DNA from: an uncultured Clostridia bacterium
GTDB lineage: Bacteria; Bacillota; Clostridia; TANB77; CAG-508
DNA length: 64,000 nt
Direction: 5' to 3'
Assembly: GCA_904419495.1 (NCBI GenBank)
Contig: CAJFRV010000002.1
Coordinates: forward strand, 27,245 to 91,244
The translations under genes were made by a program, and so were the position numbers. The notes beneath the pieces were generated by a model that was not told where the DNA came from, ran no database searches, and worked only from the letters and a program-made list of their open reading frames with translations. This document shows positions 36,673 through 46,887 of this stretch, piece by piece (within the stretch, counting starts at the first letter, position 1; each line of letters opens with the position of its first letter).

Positions 36673-37128
36673 TTGGATAACTTTAATATTGATAAAAACA
36701 CAATGGATAAGTTAAATTCTATGTTAAAAAATGGAAATCTAAATGATATGATTTCACAAATTCCTCCAGATGCTATTAAGAATTTTTCAAATATGATGCA
36801 ATCTAATACAAACTCTACAGAATCTACCAGTCAAACACATAATGATAGTAAAAATACTGAAAAATCTGACAATTTAAATAGTTCTGCTAATTCAAATACT
36901 TTTGATTTTAGCAATATTGATATAAATACTATGATGAAAATAAAATCTGTAATGGAAAAAATGAATCATTCTTCTGATCCAAGGTCTAATTTATTGCAAT
37001 CTTTAAAGCCTTATTTAAGAGATGAAAAAAAAAGTAAGTTAGATCAATATTCTAAGTTGTTAGATATGACTACTTTAATGGAATTATTCAATCAAAATAA
37101 TAATAAGGAGAATACCAGTGATAAATAA
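36673..37128 (+). CDS. Hypothetical Asn/Ser-rich protein
   Basis: The likely start is TTG at 36673, 5 nt after GAGGTGG (36661-36667). The ORF track extends it to 36613. The centre is low complexity. The C-terminal part is more ordered (SDPRSNLLQSLKPYLRDEKKSKLDQYSKLLDMTTLMELF). I recognise no family. Confidence 0.5.
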   Translation: MDNFNIDKNTMDKLNSMLKNGNLNDMISQIPPDAIKNFSNMMQSNTNSTESTSQTHNDSKNTEKSDNLNSSANSNTFDFSNIDINTMMKIKSVMEKMNHSSDPRSNLLQSLKPYLRDEKKSKLDQYSKLLDMTTLMELFNQNNNKENTSDK

Positions 37129-37513
37129 TATTCCTTTTTTCAGATTTCCCTTTTATGGTCGTCCTCAATCTTATTCACAAAATATATATTATCCCTCTAA
37201 CAGCATAACAAAAAATCATCATGTACATCATCATAATTCCCAAAAGCCTACGGAAATAAGTAAAATCGAAAAATCTGAGCAGAATAATACCGAAAATCAA
37301 GAAGAAAAAAATTCACCTAAATATAGTTCTATTGGCCCTATTTTACTTAATATAAATGGTTTTTCTAACAAAGAAGAACCTTTACTAGTATTTTCTGGTT
37401 TAAAACTATATTTAGATGATATTATCATTTTAGCTTTATTATTTTTTCTATATAAGGAAGATGTCAAAGATGATATATTATTTATATTATTAATTTTACT
37501 ATTAATTACCTAG
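37118..37513 (+). CDS. Hypothetical protein with a C-terminal hydrophobic segment; overlaps the upstream ORF by 11 nt
   Basis: 131 aa with a His-rich stretch (HHVHHHN) and the C-terminus IIILALLFFLYKEDVKDDILFILLILLLIT. I recognise no family. Confidence 0.4.
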   Translation: MINNIPFFRFPFYGRPQSYSQNIYYPSNSITKNHHVHHHNSQKPTEISKIEKSEQNNTENQEEKNSPKYSSIGPILLNINGFSNKEEPLLVFSGLKLYLDDIIILALLFFLYKEDVKDDILFILLILLLIT

Positions 37514-37522
37514 ATTTTTTAT

Positions 37523-38134
37523 CTATTCTATTATAATATTATCATCTATAATACTAACATATGCTTGCTTATGTAATGGCTCCTCATCCCTATCTATTTC
37601 TTTTACAATATTTGCAATTCGAATTTGCACTGTATCTAATAAACCTGCTGAAATAATTGCCTGTTTATTTCCTTTTGCTCCCGCATGTGCTAATCCTCTT
37701 AATGCACCTAATACCACTATATTATCAGATGCCATCACTTCTGCACCAGAATTGACATCTCCAAGTATCACTAAACTTCCTTCTGATTCCATTTTTTGTC
37801 CTGAACGTAATGAACCTTTATGGAATTTTGTTTCAGAGATGGCAATCTCTTTATTAAAAGTTCTCGTTATACTTGACAGCCCTAGAGATTTTGGCATATC
37901 AAAATCAATTTCTACATCTATATTGCTTTTTATTAATTCTTGGATTTGATCAATTTCTTTATTTTTCAAGACTTTTCCTGTAACTTTAATTGGTGTCTTT
38001 TCATTTTTATACATTTTCTTAAGTTCAGAAATCTTTTTTCTTAAGTTATCCATGATTTCTTGCTGTTCAGCCTCATCACTAATTTTTATTAAAATTTCAT
38101 TTTTTCTTAAATTAATACTTACACAATTTTTCAT
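37523..38134 (-). CDS. minC: Septum site-determining protein MinC
   Basis: 203 aa. The C-terminal beta-helix signature is GSLVILGDVNSGAEVMASDNIVVLGALRGLAHAGAKGNKQAIISA. Confidence 0.85.
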   Translation of the reverse strand: MKNCVSINLRKNEILIKISDEAEQQEIMDNLRKKISELKKMYKNEKTPIKVTGKVLKNKEIDQIQELIKSNIDVEIDFDMPKSLGLSSITRTFNKEIAISETKFHKGSLRSGQKMESEGSLVILGDVNSGAEVMASDNIVVLGALRGLAHAGAKGNKQAIISAGLLDTVQIRIANIVKEIDRDEEPLHKQAYVSIIDDNIIIE

Positions 38135-38148
38135 TTTTACATCCTTCC

Positions 38149-40281
38149 TTATCTTAAAGATTGGTTATAATTTGTAGCACTCATATCTTCTTGAACTTCT
38201 TGTGTATTCATTCCAAAATATTCTTCCATAATATCTCTTACAACTTCTGCCGTATAATTTCCATGTCCTCCATTTTCAACCATAACTACTACTGCAATCT
38301 CAGGATCTTCGAATGGTGCAAATCCTGCAAACCATCCATGTACTACTTCTTGTTCATTTTCTCCTATAGCTTCAGCTGAACCTGTTTTTCCTCCAACAGA
38401 TATACCAAAGTCTTGAAACCTTACATAAGCAGTTCCTGTTGTATCACTTGTAACAGATTTCATTCCTTCCAATATAGCATTCAAATTTTCCTGATGAATT
38501 TCTAATTGTTCGGTCTGTTCTTCTTGTAATCCTAGTTTTTGATTTACAAAATTATTAATTTCTTCTGTAGATGCTTCTGTTCCATCCGGTTTAATAATAC
38601 TTTTTACAATTGATACATCAATATCATGCCCACCATTTGCTAGCATACTAATATATTTTGCCATTTGTAATGGACTAAAACTATCTAATCCTTGTCCGAT
38701 TGAAGCATTAATGGTTTGCCCTTTTGACCATAAGACATTTACTGTTTCTGCATATTCTGGAGTTGCCATTGCTCCTGATGTTTCACTTGGCAATTCGACC
38801 CCTGTCTTCACACCTAATCCAAAATACTTTGCATATTTTGCTAATGTTTCAATTCCCATTCTATCTCCTGTTTCATAAAAGAAATAGTTGCATGATCTTT
38901 CTATTGCCTGTGATACATTTAAATATCCATGACCTCTATGATAATCTGTATAATACCAACATGGCCATGTCTCTCCATATTTTGCATATATACCTGTATC
39001 ATTTATCTTTTCTGTTCTTGTAACTGCTCCTGATTCTAATCCTGCAATTGCTGTTACCATTTTGAAAATAGATCCGGGTGGATATGCATTTTGTACTGCC
39101 TTATTCATTAATGGCTTTGCAGGATCTGTATTATATTGATTCCATTTATCTGTACTAATACCATTTACAAAATCTGCTGGGTCATAATTTGGATAACTTG
39201 CCATTGCCAATATTTCACCTGTTTTTACATTCATAACAACACAACTACCAGCTTTTGTATCAAAAGTTTGTGAAAATCCTCCAGATGCTATTTTTTGAAT
39301 GTTAGCCTCTAAAGCCTGTTCTGTTACTTTTTGCAAATTAGAATCAATTGTTAGTACGATATCACTTCCTGCAACTGCCTCTTCTGAAGTGTACTCAGAA
39401 GTAATTGTTCCATCAACCGCCATGTCTATTTGTTTTGTACCATCTTGTCCTTTTAAATATTCTTCAAAAACATATTCTATTCCTGTTTTTCCTATAATGT
39501 CATTTTGATTATATGTATCTTTTCTCTTTTCATATTCCTCAGAACTAATGGTTGATGCATATCCTAAAATATGAGAAGCAAGTACTCCTGAAGTATATTC
39601 TCTTACAGGCTCTGTTACAATATTAATTCCCGGAAATTTATCACTACTTTCTGAAAATTCCGCTACAGCTTCTCTTGGAATGCCTTCTGCTATTGTTAAG
39701 GCTTTTGTACTACTATATCCTGTAGTTGTAATTTCATATCTAATAGCTATAATTTTTCTAATTTCTCCTATATCTGTATTTTCAATATCATATTTATCTT
39801 TGAATTTATAAAAAGCTTCTTCAGCTGATATATTCTCTTCCAAGTCATACGTTTTCTTCCAATTAGTTAATGTTTCATCACTAATTGTAAATTCAAACGG
39901 ATTTATTGATATTGGGAAAGAGTCTGCATACTTTATCTGATATTTCTCTAATAAATTTACAATATTTAATATAGAATCATTTAATTCTTTATCATCTATT
40001 TTTGTTTTATATAGCTCTACACTAAATTTCGTAGCATTTGTAACTAATGCTGTTCCTGTTCTATCTAATATTTCTCCTCTAGCTGCTTCTAAAGTAGTTT
40101 CCCTTGTTAATCTTGTATTAGATTCTTCCCTATATTCTGCCCCATGTACAATTTGTAAATTAAATAGTTGTATAATTAATACAATTCCAATCGCATATGT
40201 AAATACAGTCAAAATATTAAATCTTAAATTTAAATTGCTTCTTGATTTCTTGTTTTTTCTTTTAAAACTTAATCCCTTCAA
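38149..40281 (-). CDS. mrdA: Penicillin-binding protein 2 (elongation-type class B PBP; MrdA/SpoVD-like)
   Basis: 710 aa with an N-terminal TM. It has the SxxK (PPGSIFKMV), SxN (ERSCNYFF) and KTG (GGKTGSAE) motifs. A TTG start follows GAGGAAGGTGA. Confidence 0.85.
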   Translation of the reverse strand: MKGLSFKRKNKKSRSNLNLRFNILTVFTYAIGIVLIIQLFNLQIVHGAEYREESNTRLTRETTLEAARGEILDRTGTALVTNATKFSVELYKTKIDDKELNDSILNIVNLLEKYQIKYADSFPISINPFEFTISDETLTNWKKTYDLEENISAEEAFYKFKDKYDIENTDIGEIRKIIAIRYEITTTGYSSTKALTIAEGIPREAVAEFSESSDKFPGINIVTEPVREYTSGVLASHILGYASTISSEEYEKRKDTYNQNDIIGKTGIEYVFEEYLKGQDGTKQIDMAVDGTITSEYTSEEAVAGSDIVLTIDSNLQKVTEQALEANIQKIASGGFSQTFDTKAGSCVVMNVKTGEILAMASYPNYDPADFVNGISTDKWNQYNTDPAKPLMNKAVQNAYPPGSIFKMVTAIAGLESGAVTRTEKINDTGIYAKYGETWPCWYYTDYHRGHGYLNVSQAIERSCNYFFYETGDRMGIETLAKYAKYFGLGVKTGVELPSETSGAMATPEYAETVNVLWSKGQTINASIGQGLDSFSPLQMAKYISMLANGGHDIDVSIVKSIIKPDGTEASTEEINNFVNQKLGLQEEQTEQLEIHQENLNAILEGMKSVTSDTTGTAYVRFQDFGISVGGKTGSAEAIGENEQEVVHGWFAGFAPFEDPEIAVVVMVENGGHGNYTAEVVRDIMEEYFGMNTQEVQEDMSATNYNQSLR

Positions 40282-40328
40282 AGCTTCACCTTCCTCTATT
40301 TCGGTGTTATATCTTTTCTGCTTTTTAA

Positions 40329-40871
40329 TTAAAAGTACCTAGTTAAAATTTTATTACCTTTATATTCATTTTCAATACTATATCCAAATTTCTGAATTAA
40401 TGGATATAAAATAATAACAATAATTAAATTATATATAATTTCAATTGCTAATATTTTTATAAAATTAATTATCTCTATATTGGTAGAAAGTACAACATAA
40501 TTTAATATATAAACCAGTATTTCAAATATAAATGTTGTTCCTAATACCATGAACATAATTGTTGCTCTGCTATCTTTTGAAAAATTTTTATCAAATGTTG
40601 CTGCTAAAAATCCTATCACGCCTAGTCCTACTGCATTAATTCCAATCTGTGTTCCGATTGTTAGATCTAGAATTCCTCCTATAACAACACCATATACAAT
40701 TCCAGTTATTCTATTTGAAAACAGACCTATAAACAAGATAAATATGACAAATAGATTTGGCATAACACGTGAGATAGTGAACCAATTAAAAAAATTTGAC
40801 TGTAAGAAATATATAATAAAAGCAGTTAATATAAGACATATATTAATTGTTAATTTTTTCAATGTATTCAC
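40329..40871 (-). CDS. mreD: Rod shape-determining protein MreD
   Basis: 180 aa, five or more TM helices, positioned directly after mreC. Confidence 0.75.
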   Translation of the reverse strand: MNTLKKLTINICLILTAFIIYFLQSNFFNWFTISRVMPNLFVIFILFIGLFSNRITGIVYGVVIGGILDLTIGTQIGINAVGLGVIGFLAATFDKNFSKDSRATIMFMVLGTTFIFEILVYILNYVVLSTNIEIINFIKILAIEIIYNLIIVIILYPLIQKFGYSIENEYKGNKILTRYF

Positions 40872-40875
40872 CTCT

Positions 40876-41691
40876 CTAATTATTTGTTATAACTAATACT
40901 GTATCAAGTTTATCAAAATTTACAGCTGTCTCTACAATAGCATATCTATCAGTTGCATTTCGAGTATTTACGACTCTTTTAATACTTCCTACATGGATTC
41001 CTTTAGGATATATACCTCCTAATCCTGAAGTTTCCACACTATCTCCTTGTATAATTCCATCATCATCTGGGATATACATTGCTTTTAATGCTGATTCCTC
41101 TTCTAAAGTTCCTTTACATACTATACTTTCGTCAGTTGTACTTAATGAACAACTAACAGAACTAGAAGTATCTACAATTGTTCTTACTTTTGCAGTATTA
41201 TTCGTTACAGAAATAACATGTCCAACTAATCCTTGGTCAGCAATAACTGTCATATTTTCCTTAATGCCATCATCACTTCCTACATTAATAACTATTGTTT
41301 TTGAATAGTTACTAATATCTTTATTAATGATATATGCAGGTATTGTATTATATTCTCCATATTTTTCAGTCAAATCTAAATATTCTTTTAAAGTTTCATT
41401 TTCAGATTTTATGTTTTCTAGTTCTCTTAATGATTGTTCTAATTCACTATTCTTTTGTTTTAATTCTTCATTTTCTTCTTTTAGATTATTTATATCTGTA
41501 AAAAATGTACTATTTCCACTAATTTTATTTTTTAGATATGTTAAACCATTTTGCACTGGCATAACTAATTTGCTTGCCGCATTTTCTAAAAATGATATTT
41601 CGCTATCTGAATTTGAAAATACCACAATTAATATTAAAATAATAATCGTTATAACAATTCCTGCTATTTCCGCTTTTTTATTTTTATACAT
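40876..41691 (-). CDS. mreC: Rod shape-determining protein MreC
   Basis: 271 aa with an N-terminal TM, a coiled coil (ENEELKQKNSELEQSLRELENIKSENETLKE) and beta domains (VIADQGLVGHV..., GLGGIYPKGIHVG). Confidence 0.85.
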   Translation of the reverse strand: MYKNKKAEIAGIVITIIILILIVVFSNSDSEISFLENAASKLVMPVQNGLTYLKNKISGNSTFFTDINNLKEENEELKQKNSELEQSLRELENIKSENETLKEYLDLTEKYGEYNTIPAYIINKDISNYSKTIVINVGSDDGIKENMTVIADQGLVGHVISVTNNTAKVRTIVDTSSSVSCSLSTTDESIVCKGTLEEESALKAMYIPDDDGIIQGDSVETSGLGGIYPKGIHVGSIKRVVNTRNATDRYAIVETAVNFDKLDTVLVITNN

Positions 41692-41708
41692 TTTCTACTC
41701 CTAACATT

Positions 41709-42765
<1,057 letters not shown>

Positions 42766-43482
42766 TCATATTTCTCCATCTTTCGTTAATAATTTTGAAA
42801 TGATACTTGTAAAATTCATGTTGCCAATAACAATATGGTCTAATAGTTCTATATCAAATACTTGTGTCATTTTAAAAAGTTTTTTCGTCATTTCTATATC
42901 TGCTTTACTAGGTGTAGAATCACCACTAGGATGATTGTGTGCTAAAATAATTTTAGCCACTTGCATTTTTATGGGTTCTGCTAAAATGTCTTTATAAGAC
43001 ATATTCACAGAATTTATTCCACCTTGTGCAATTGTTTTTATTCTTACAATTTCATTCTTATTATTTAACATAATTAATTTTACAAGTTCTTGCTTTTCTA
43101 GTCTCATTTCTTCCATAAGTAAATTTGCAATATCTTCTGGTTTTTTTATCTTTACTTTTTGATAATTTAATGGTGTTGTCATTCTTTTGGCTAATTCACA
43201 TACTGCTTTTAATTGAATTGCTTTTACTTTTCCTATACCTTTTATATGCATCAATTCTGATAAAGTTATTTCTTTTAAAAAATCTAAATTATTATTCAAG
43301 TTTGGGTTTAAGTTTAATATTTTTTGTGCAATTGTTACTGACGATTCTTCTTTTGTTCCCGTTTTGATAATAATTGCTAATAGTTCTGCATTGGATAATA
43401 CCGTTTCTCCATATAATTCCATTTTTTCATATGGACGTTCTGTTTCTGGTAATTGTTTTATTTTTATAGACAAAATATTCAT
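42766..43482 (-). CDS. radC: RadC-family JAB-domain protein
   Basis: 238 aa. HhH region (LSELMHIKGIGKVKAIQLKAVCELAKR) and JAMM motif (ILAHNHPSGDSTPSKADIEMT). Confidence 0.88.
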   Translation of the reverse strand: MNILSIKIKQLPETERPYEKMELYGETVLSNAELLAIIIKTGTKEESSVTIAQKILNLNPNLNNNLDFLKEITLSELMHIKGIGKVKAIQLKAVCELAKRMTTPLNYQKVKIKKPEDIANLLMEEMRLEKQELVKLIMLNNKNEIVRIKTIAQGGINSVNMSYKDILAEPIKMQVAKIILAHNHPSGDSTPSKADIEMTKKLFKMTQVFDIELLDHIVIGNMNFTSIISKLLTKDGEI

Positions 43483-43672
43483 CCTTTCTTTATCAATATT
43501 TTGCCCCTTTTTTAATTTTCAACTTGATATATTAAATTTGATACTATATTCATATATTCTAAAAAAATTTTACAAATGTGATTCACATTTTCTTATTGTA
43601 TATTGTATACAATAGATAAGAAATATATAAATATAATATCAATTTACTACTACAAATTAAAAAATATTTTTC

Positions 43673-43930
43673 TTATATTTTCTTGTAAATTAAAATGGCA
43701 AGTAGCATTCCAATAATACTTGCTACACTAATTCTAAACATTAATGCAAATGTAATAGTTACCACACTTAAATCTAAAACAATTGGATCTTGTAATCCAA
43801 AAGTTTGACTATAAGAAAGCCACCATAACCAATCCACACTAGATGCTAATTGTCCTAATAATCCCCCTACTACTAATCCTGATAAAATAAATACAATTAA
43901 TATCCATATATTCTTATCTTTTGTTGCCAT
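43673..43930 (-). CDS. Small two-TM membrane protein (DUF4321-like)
   Basis: 85 aa. The size, topology and position next to radC in Clostridia fit my recollection of DUF4321. The family assignment is not verified. Confidence 0.5.
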   Translation of the reverse strand: MATKDKNIWILIVFILSGLVVGGLLGQLASSVDWLWWLSYSQTFGLQDPIVLDLSVVTITFALMFRISVASIIGMLLAILIYKKI

Positions 43931-44156
43931 TTTTATACCTCCAATTTAGCCCTTATTTCTTACGGCTATTTATTTTTCACATATTGGTATTATATATTGA
44001 TTTAACATTTTTTTCAAGTAAAAACCTTTACTTTTTTCATATTTATATGGTATATTGTTTAATATTCAATTTTTTATTACCAAAATTTATACATTTAAAT
44101 ATAATAATAATAGTGCTATAATATAATTAATAGATTTTAAGGAGGCTTATTTATAT

Positions 44157-44789
44157 ATGAAAATTGAGAAACTGACTGAGGATAAGATTCGTGTTATTGT
44201 TAATTCAGAAGATTTAAAAAATAACAATCTTGACTATCAAACAATTATGGAAAAACCAATAGAATCACAAAAGTTGTTTTTAGAAATGCTTTTAAAAGCT
44301 GAAAAAGAAGTTGGTTTTTATACAGAAGGTTGTAAACTCCTTGTAGAAGCCTTTTCTTCATCTGATGGTCTTTTTGTTTTTACCATTACAAAATATGTTG
44401 AAAAAACTTTACATTCTCCTAGCAAACCAAAAGTAACTCCTAAAAAGAAAATTAAAAACGTAAATCTTAAAAGTACAACTTCCATTTATAAATTTTGTAG
44501 TTTTGAAGAATTTTGTGAATTTTGTACTTGTATACATACAAAAACGAAATTTAATAGTAAACAATTATCTAAAAATATTTCTTTGTATTTATATCATGAT
44601 ATATATTATCTTGTATTATCCAATATAAATACAACATATGAACAAATTCGTACTTTTTATTCAACCATTTCAGAATTTGCAACTTTAACCTCTCATTCTG
44701 AAACTTTTAAAATGAAATTATTTGAACATGGAAAAATAATTATGAAAAAAAATGCCATTGAAACTGGTATAAAATATTTTTTAACTTAG
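44157..44789 (+). CDS. mecA: Adaptor protein MecA (ClpC adaptor)
   Basis: 210 aa. MKIEKLTEDKIRVIVNSEDLKNNNLDY...LFLEMLLKAEKEVGF...LLVEAF...GLFVFTITK resembles the MecA N-domain. An AAGGAGG RBS is present. Confidence 0.75.
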   Translation: MKIEKLTEDKIRVIVNSEDLKNNNLDYQTIMEKPIESQKLFLEMLLKAEKEVGFYTEGCKLLVEAFSSSDGLFVFTITKYVEKTLHSPSKPKVTPKKKIKNVNLKSTTSIYKFCSFEEFCEFCTCIHTKTKFNSKQLSKNISLYLYHDIYYLVLSNINTTYEQIRTFYSTISEFATLTSHSETFKMKLFEHGKIIMKKNAIETGIKYFLT

Positions 44790-44793
44790 CAGA

Positions 44794-44825
44794 AAATCCA
44801 CAGTTTATTAACAAACTGTGGATTT
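44794..44825. terminator. Bidirectional terminator between convergent mecA and the M23 peptidase gene
   Basis: AAATCCACAGTTT attaac AAACTGTGGATTT, a 13-bp perfect stem. Confidence 0.7.
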
Positions 44826-44831
44826 ATAATT

Positions 44832-45839
44832 TTAATATAAATAATTTTGTGGATTATAGGCAACACCATTTACTCTAATTTCTAAATGTAAATGTGGACC
44901 TGTTGAATTTCCTGTTGATCCTACGGCTGCAATTGTCTCCCCTTGAGAAACAGATTGTCCTACTGATGCATATAACTTGCTACAGTGAGCATAATATGTT
45001 TGAACACCATTTCCATGAGATACAACAATCATATATCCATATGAACCTTTCCATCCTGCAAAAGAAACTGTTCCTGAAGCTGCAGCCTTAATTGCTGTTC
45101 CCGTTGGAGCTGATATATCTAGTCCAGTATGAGCTGAACTTCTTATACTGCTTCTAACTCCAAATCTAGAGGTAATCGTTCCTGAAATTGGTCTTATAAG
45201 AGAAATTCCCAATGATGCTTTTCCACTTGACGTTGTTGTTTTCGTATTTACGTATCCAGATGCTTTAGAAGATGTTCCCTTAGCTACCTTTACATTTGTT
45301 TTCTTCTCTACATACAATTTAGAAACCACTTCGTCAACTGAAACCATATCCTTTATTCCTGTTTCATACTTCTCTAGAATCGAAATCTTATCTATATTTT
45401 CACTATTCTTATCTTTTAATGTATTAATAACATTTTCTGCTTCTTCAAATGAAGATACATAATACTTTTCTTCTTGGTTTTCCAATATGGCATAATATCG
45501 ATAGTAAGGAATGCCTTGTTCTGTCACCTTATTAAATATTTCCTCATCATTTGTTACAATATTTCTTTTTAATAAGCATAACTTATATTCTGGTAATTCA
45601 TTAACTTGCACAAAAGCTACATTTTCATTTGTTCCATCTCCATGATCCACATATTCATTAATTCTATGTTGTAATTCTGACTTATTTTCTGTATATCCTA
45701 CTTGTTCTCCATTTATAAACACACTATAAGTTGGTTTATATAAAAATGCAACCGTTCCTATTACTAAAAATATTGCAATCATAAAAAGAATTATAAGTTT
45801 AACTCCTCTCCTTGCATGAACCATTACCTTTTTAAACAT
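44832..45839 (-). CDS. M23 family (LytM-type) peptidoglycan metalloendopeptidase, membrane anchored
   Basis: 335 aa with an N-terminal TM. The C-terminal domain reads HTGLDISAPTGTAIKAAASGTV...GYMIVVSHGNGVQTYYAHCS...GSTGNSTGPHLHLEIRVNG. Confidence 0.88.
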   Translation of the reverse strand: MFKKVMVHARRGVKLIILFMIAIFLVIGTVAFLYKPTYSVFINGEQVGYTENKSELQHRINEYVDHGDGTNENVAFVQVNELPEYKLCLLKRNIVTNDEEIFNKVTEQGIPYYRYYAILENQEEKYYVSSFEEAENVINTLKDKNSENIDKISILEKYETGIKDMVSVDEVVSKLYVEKKTNVKVAKGTSSKASGYVNTKTTTSSGKASLGISLIRPISGTITSRFGVRSSIRSSAHTGLDISAPTGTAIKAAASGTVSFAGWKGSYGYMIVVSHGNGVQTYYAHCSKLYASVGQSVSQGETIAAVGSTGNSTGPHLHLEIRVNGVAYNPQNYLY

Positions 45840-46016
45840 TACACTATCTCCTTTGTATATGATAGTGTAATCATATTGTAATATTTATTTTTTTGCAATG
45901 ATATTAAAAGTCTAATTTCCGTAAGTTTTTTCACTTTTATTTATGAATACTTTAAATTTTTCATTTTTTCTCTTTTTTTCTTTTATCCAATTTTGTCCAA
46001 TCGTGTGTCCAATTGG

Positions 46017-46053
46017 GTGTCCAATTGGGGACGTTTCCTTTTGGGACATTTTT
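46017..46053 (+). repeat. GGGGACGTTTC-loop hairpin unit, copy C, preceded by degenerate half-repeats of its left stem
   Basis: GTGTCCAATTGGGGACGTTTCCTTTTGGGACATTTTT. Positions 45985-46016 contain ATCCAATT, TTGTCCAAT and GTGTCCAATTGG partial copies. Confidence 0.8.
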
Positions 46054-46209
46054 ATGTAAACATATTTAATAATTATTTTTATTACAAGAAAACCTTGATT
46101 TCTGATATCAAAAATAAAAGCACAAACTATATGATTTAATAATGCTTTTCATTTTAACATTTATAAAATCTTACAGCATGCACTTTTATATAAAAAAACC
46201 AATTAGAAA

Positions 46210-46452
46210 TTATTGCAATTCTGTTTTTACTGTATTTACTTCTGTAGTTGTTGCTTTTTGTGCTGGGATATAGTATCCCTTAGCTTGTGCTATTTTAAAT
46301 AATTCATATTGAAAGCTTTCATCATTATTCCTAATTTGTTGAAAAGTTTGTCTTAATTGCATATTTTCAGCTTCTGAAATTGCTGTTTGATATGCTGTTA
46401 AATCTGATTTAACACCAGCTAAAATATCATTTACCATTGTTTTTTCGTCCAT
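46210..46452 (-). CDS. Spore coat protein, CotF-like domain
   Basis: 80 aa. MVNDILAGVKSDLTAYQTAISEAENMQLRQTFQQIRNNDESFQYELFKIAQAKGYYIPA matches the small clostridial coat-F type proteins as I recall them. Confidence 0.7.
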   Translation of the reverse strand: MDEKTMVNDILAGVKSDLTAYQTAISEAENMQLRQTFQQIRNNDESFQYELFKIAQAKGYYIPAQKATTTEVNTVKTELQ

Positions 46453-46462
46453 AAAATCCTCC

Positions 46463-46651
46463 TTAATTATTTAAAAATGTCATTAATTTTTGTTTTGTAT
46501 TCAAAGCATCTTGAGCAGATTTTGTAAAAAGTTGTTTAATTTGTGGATCTACTGCTTGTGAAGAATATGTGTTTAATTTTTGATATGCCGTTTCATGTGC
46601 TCCAATTAGATGTCTTAAATGTTGTAATTCCATTTGGTTTAAGTCTGCCAT
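46463..46651 (-). CDS. Small spore coat-associated protein, partner of the CotF-like gene
   Basis: 62 aa. LNQMELQHLRHLIGAHETAYQKLNTYSSQAVDPQIKQLFTKSAQDALNTKQKLMTFL. This is the usual upstream partner of coat-F genes in Clostridia. Confidence 0.6.
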   Translation of the reverse strand: MADLNQMELQHLRHLIGAHETAYQKLNTYSSQAVDPQIKQLFTKSAQDALNTKQKLMTFLNN

Positions 46652-46845
46652 TTTTAATCATTCCTTTCTTTTTAATTTCTTTATTCATTATTTCCATTTT
46701 TATAAGTTTTATTCCCAAAGAAAAAATAACTTTTACAAAATTTTGTGTAAAAGTTATTTTTAATTTACATTTCAATATAAAAATAATTAACTATTATCTT
46801 ATAATTCTATATTATCTTACAATACTTTCTTTAGATGTATACATA

Positions 46846-46882
46846 AAAATGTCCCAAATAGAAACGTCCCCAATTGGACATT
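46846..46882 (-). repeat. GGGGACGTTTC-loop hairpin unit, copy D, 5 nt after the pcrA stop; inverted relative to copy C
   Basis: The minus strand reads AATGTCCAATTGGGGACGTTTCTATTTGGGACATTTT followed by TATGTATACAT. Copy C is followed by the similar TATGTAAACAT. Confidence 0.8.
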
Positions 46883-46887
46883 AAGCA

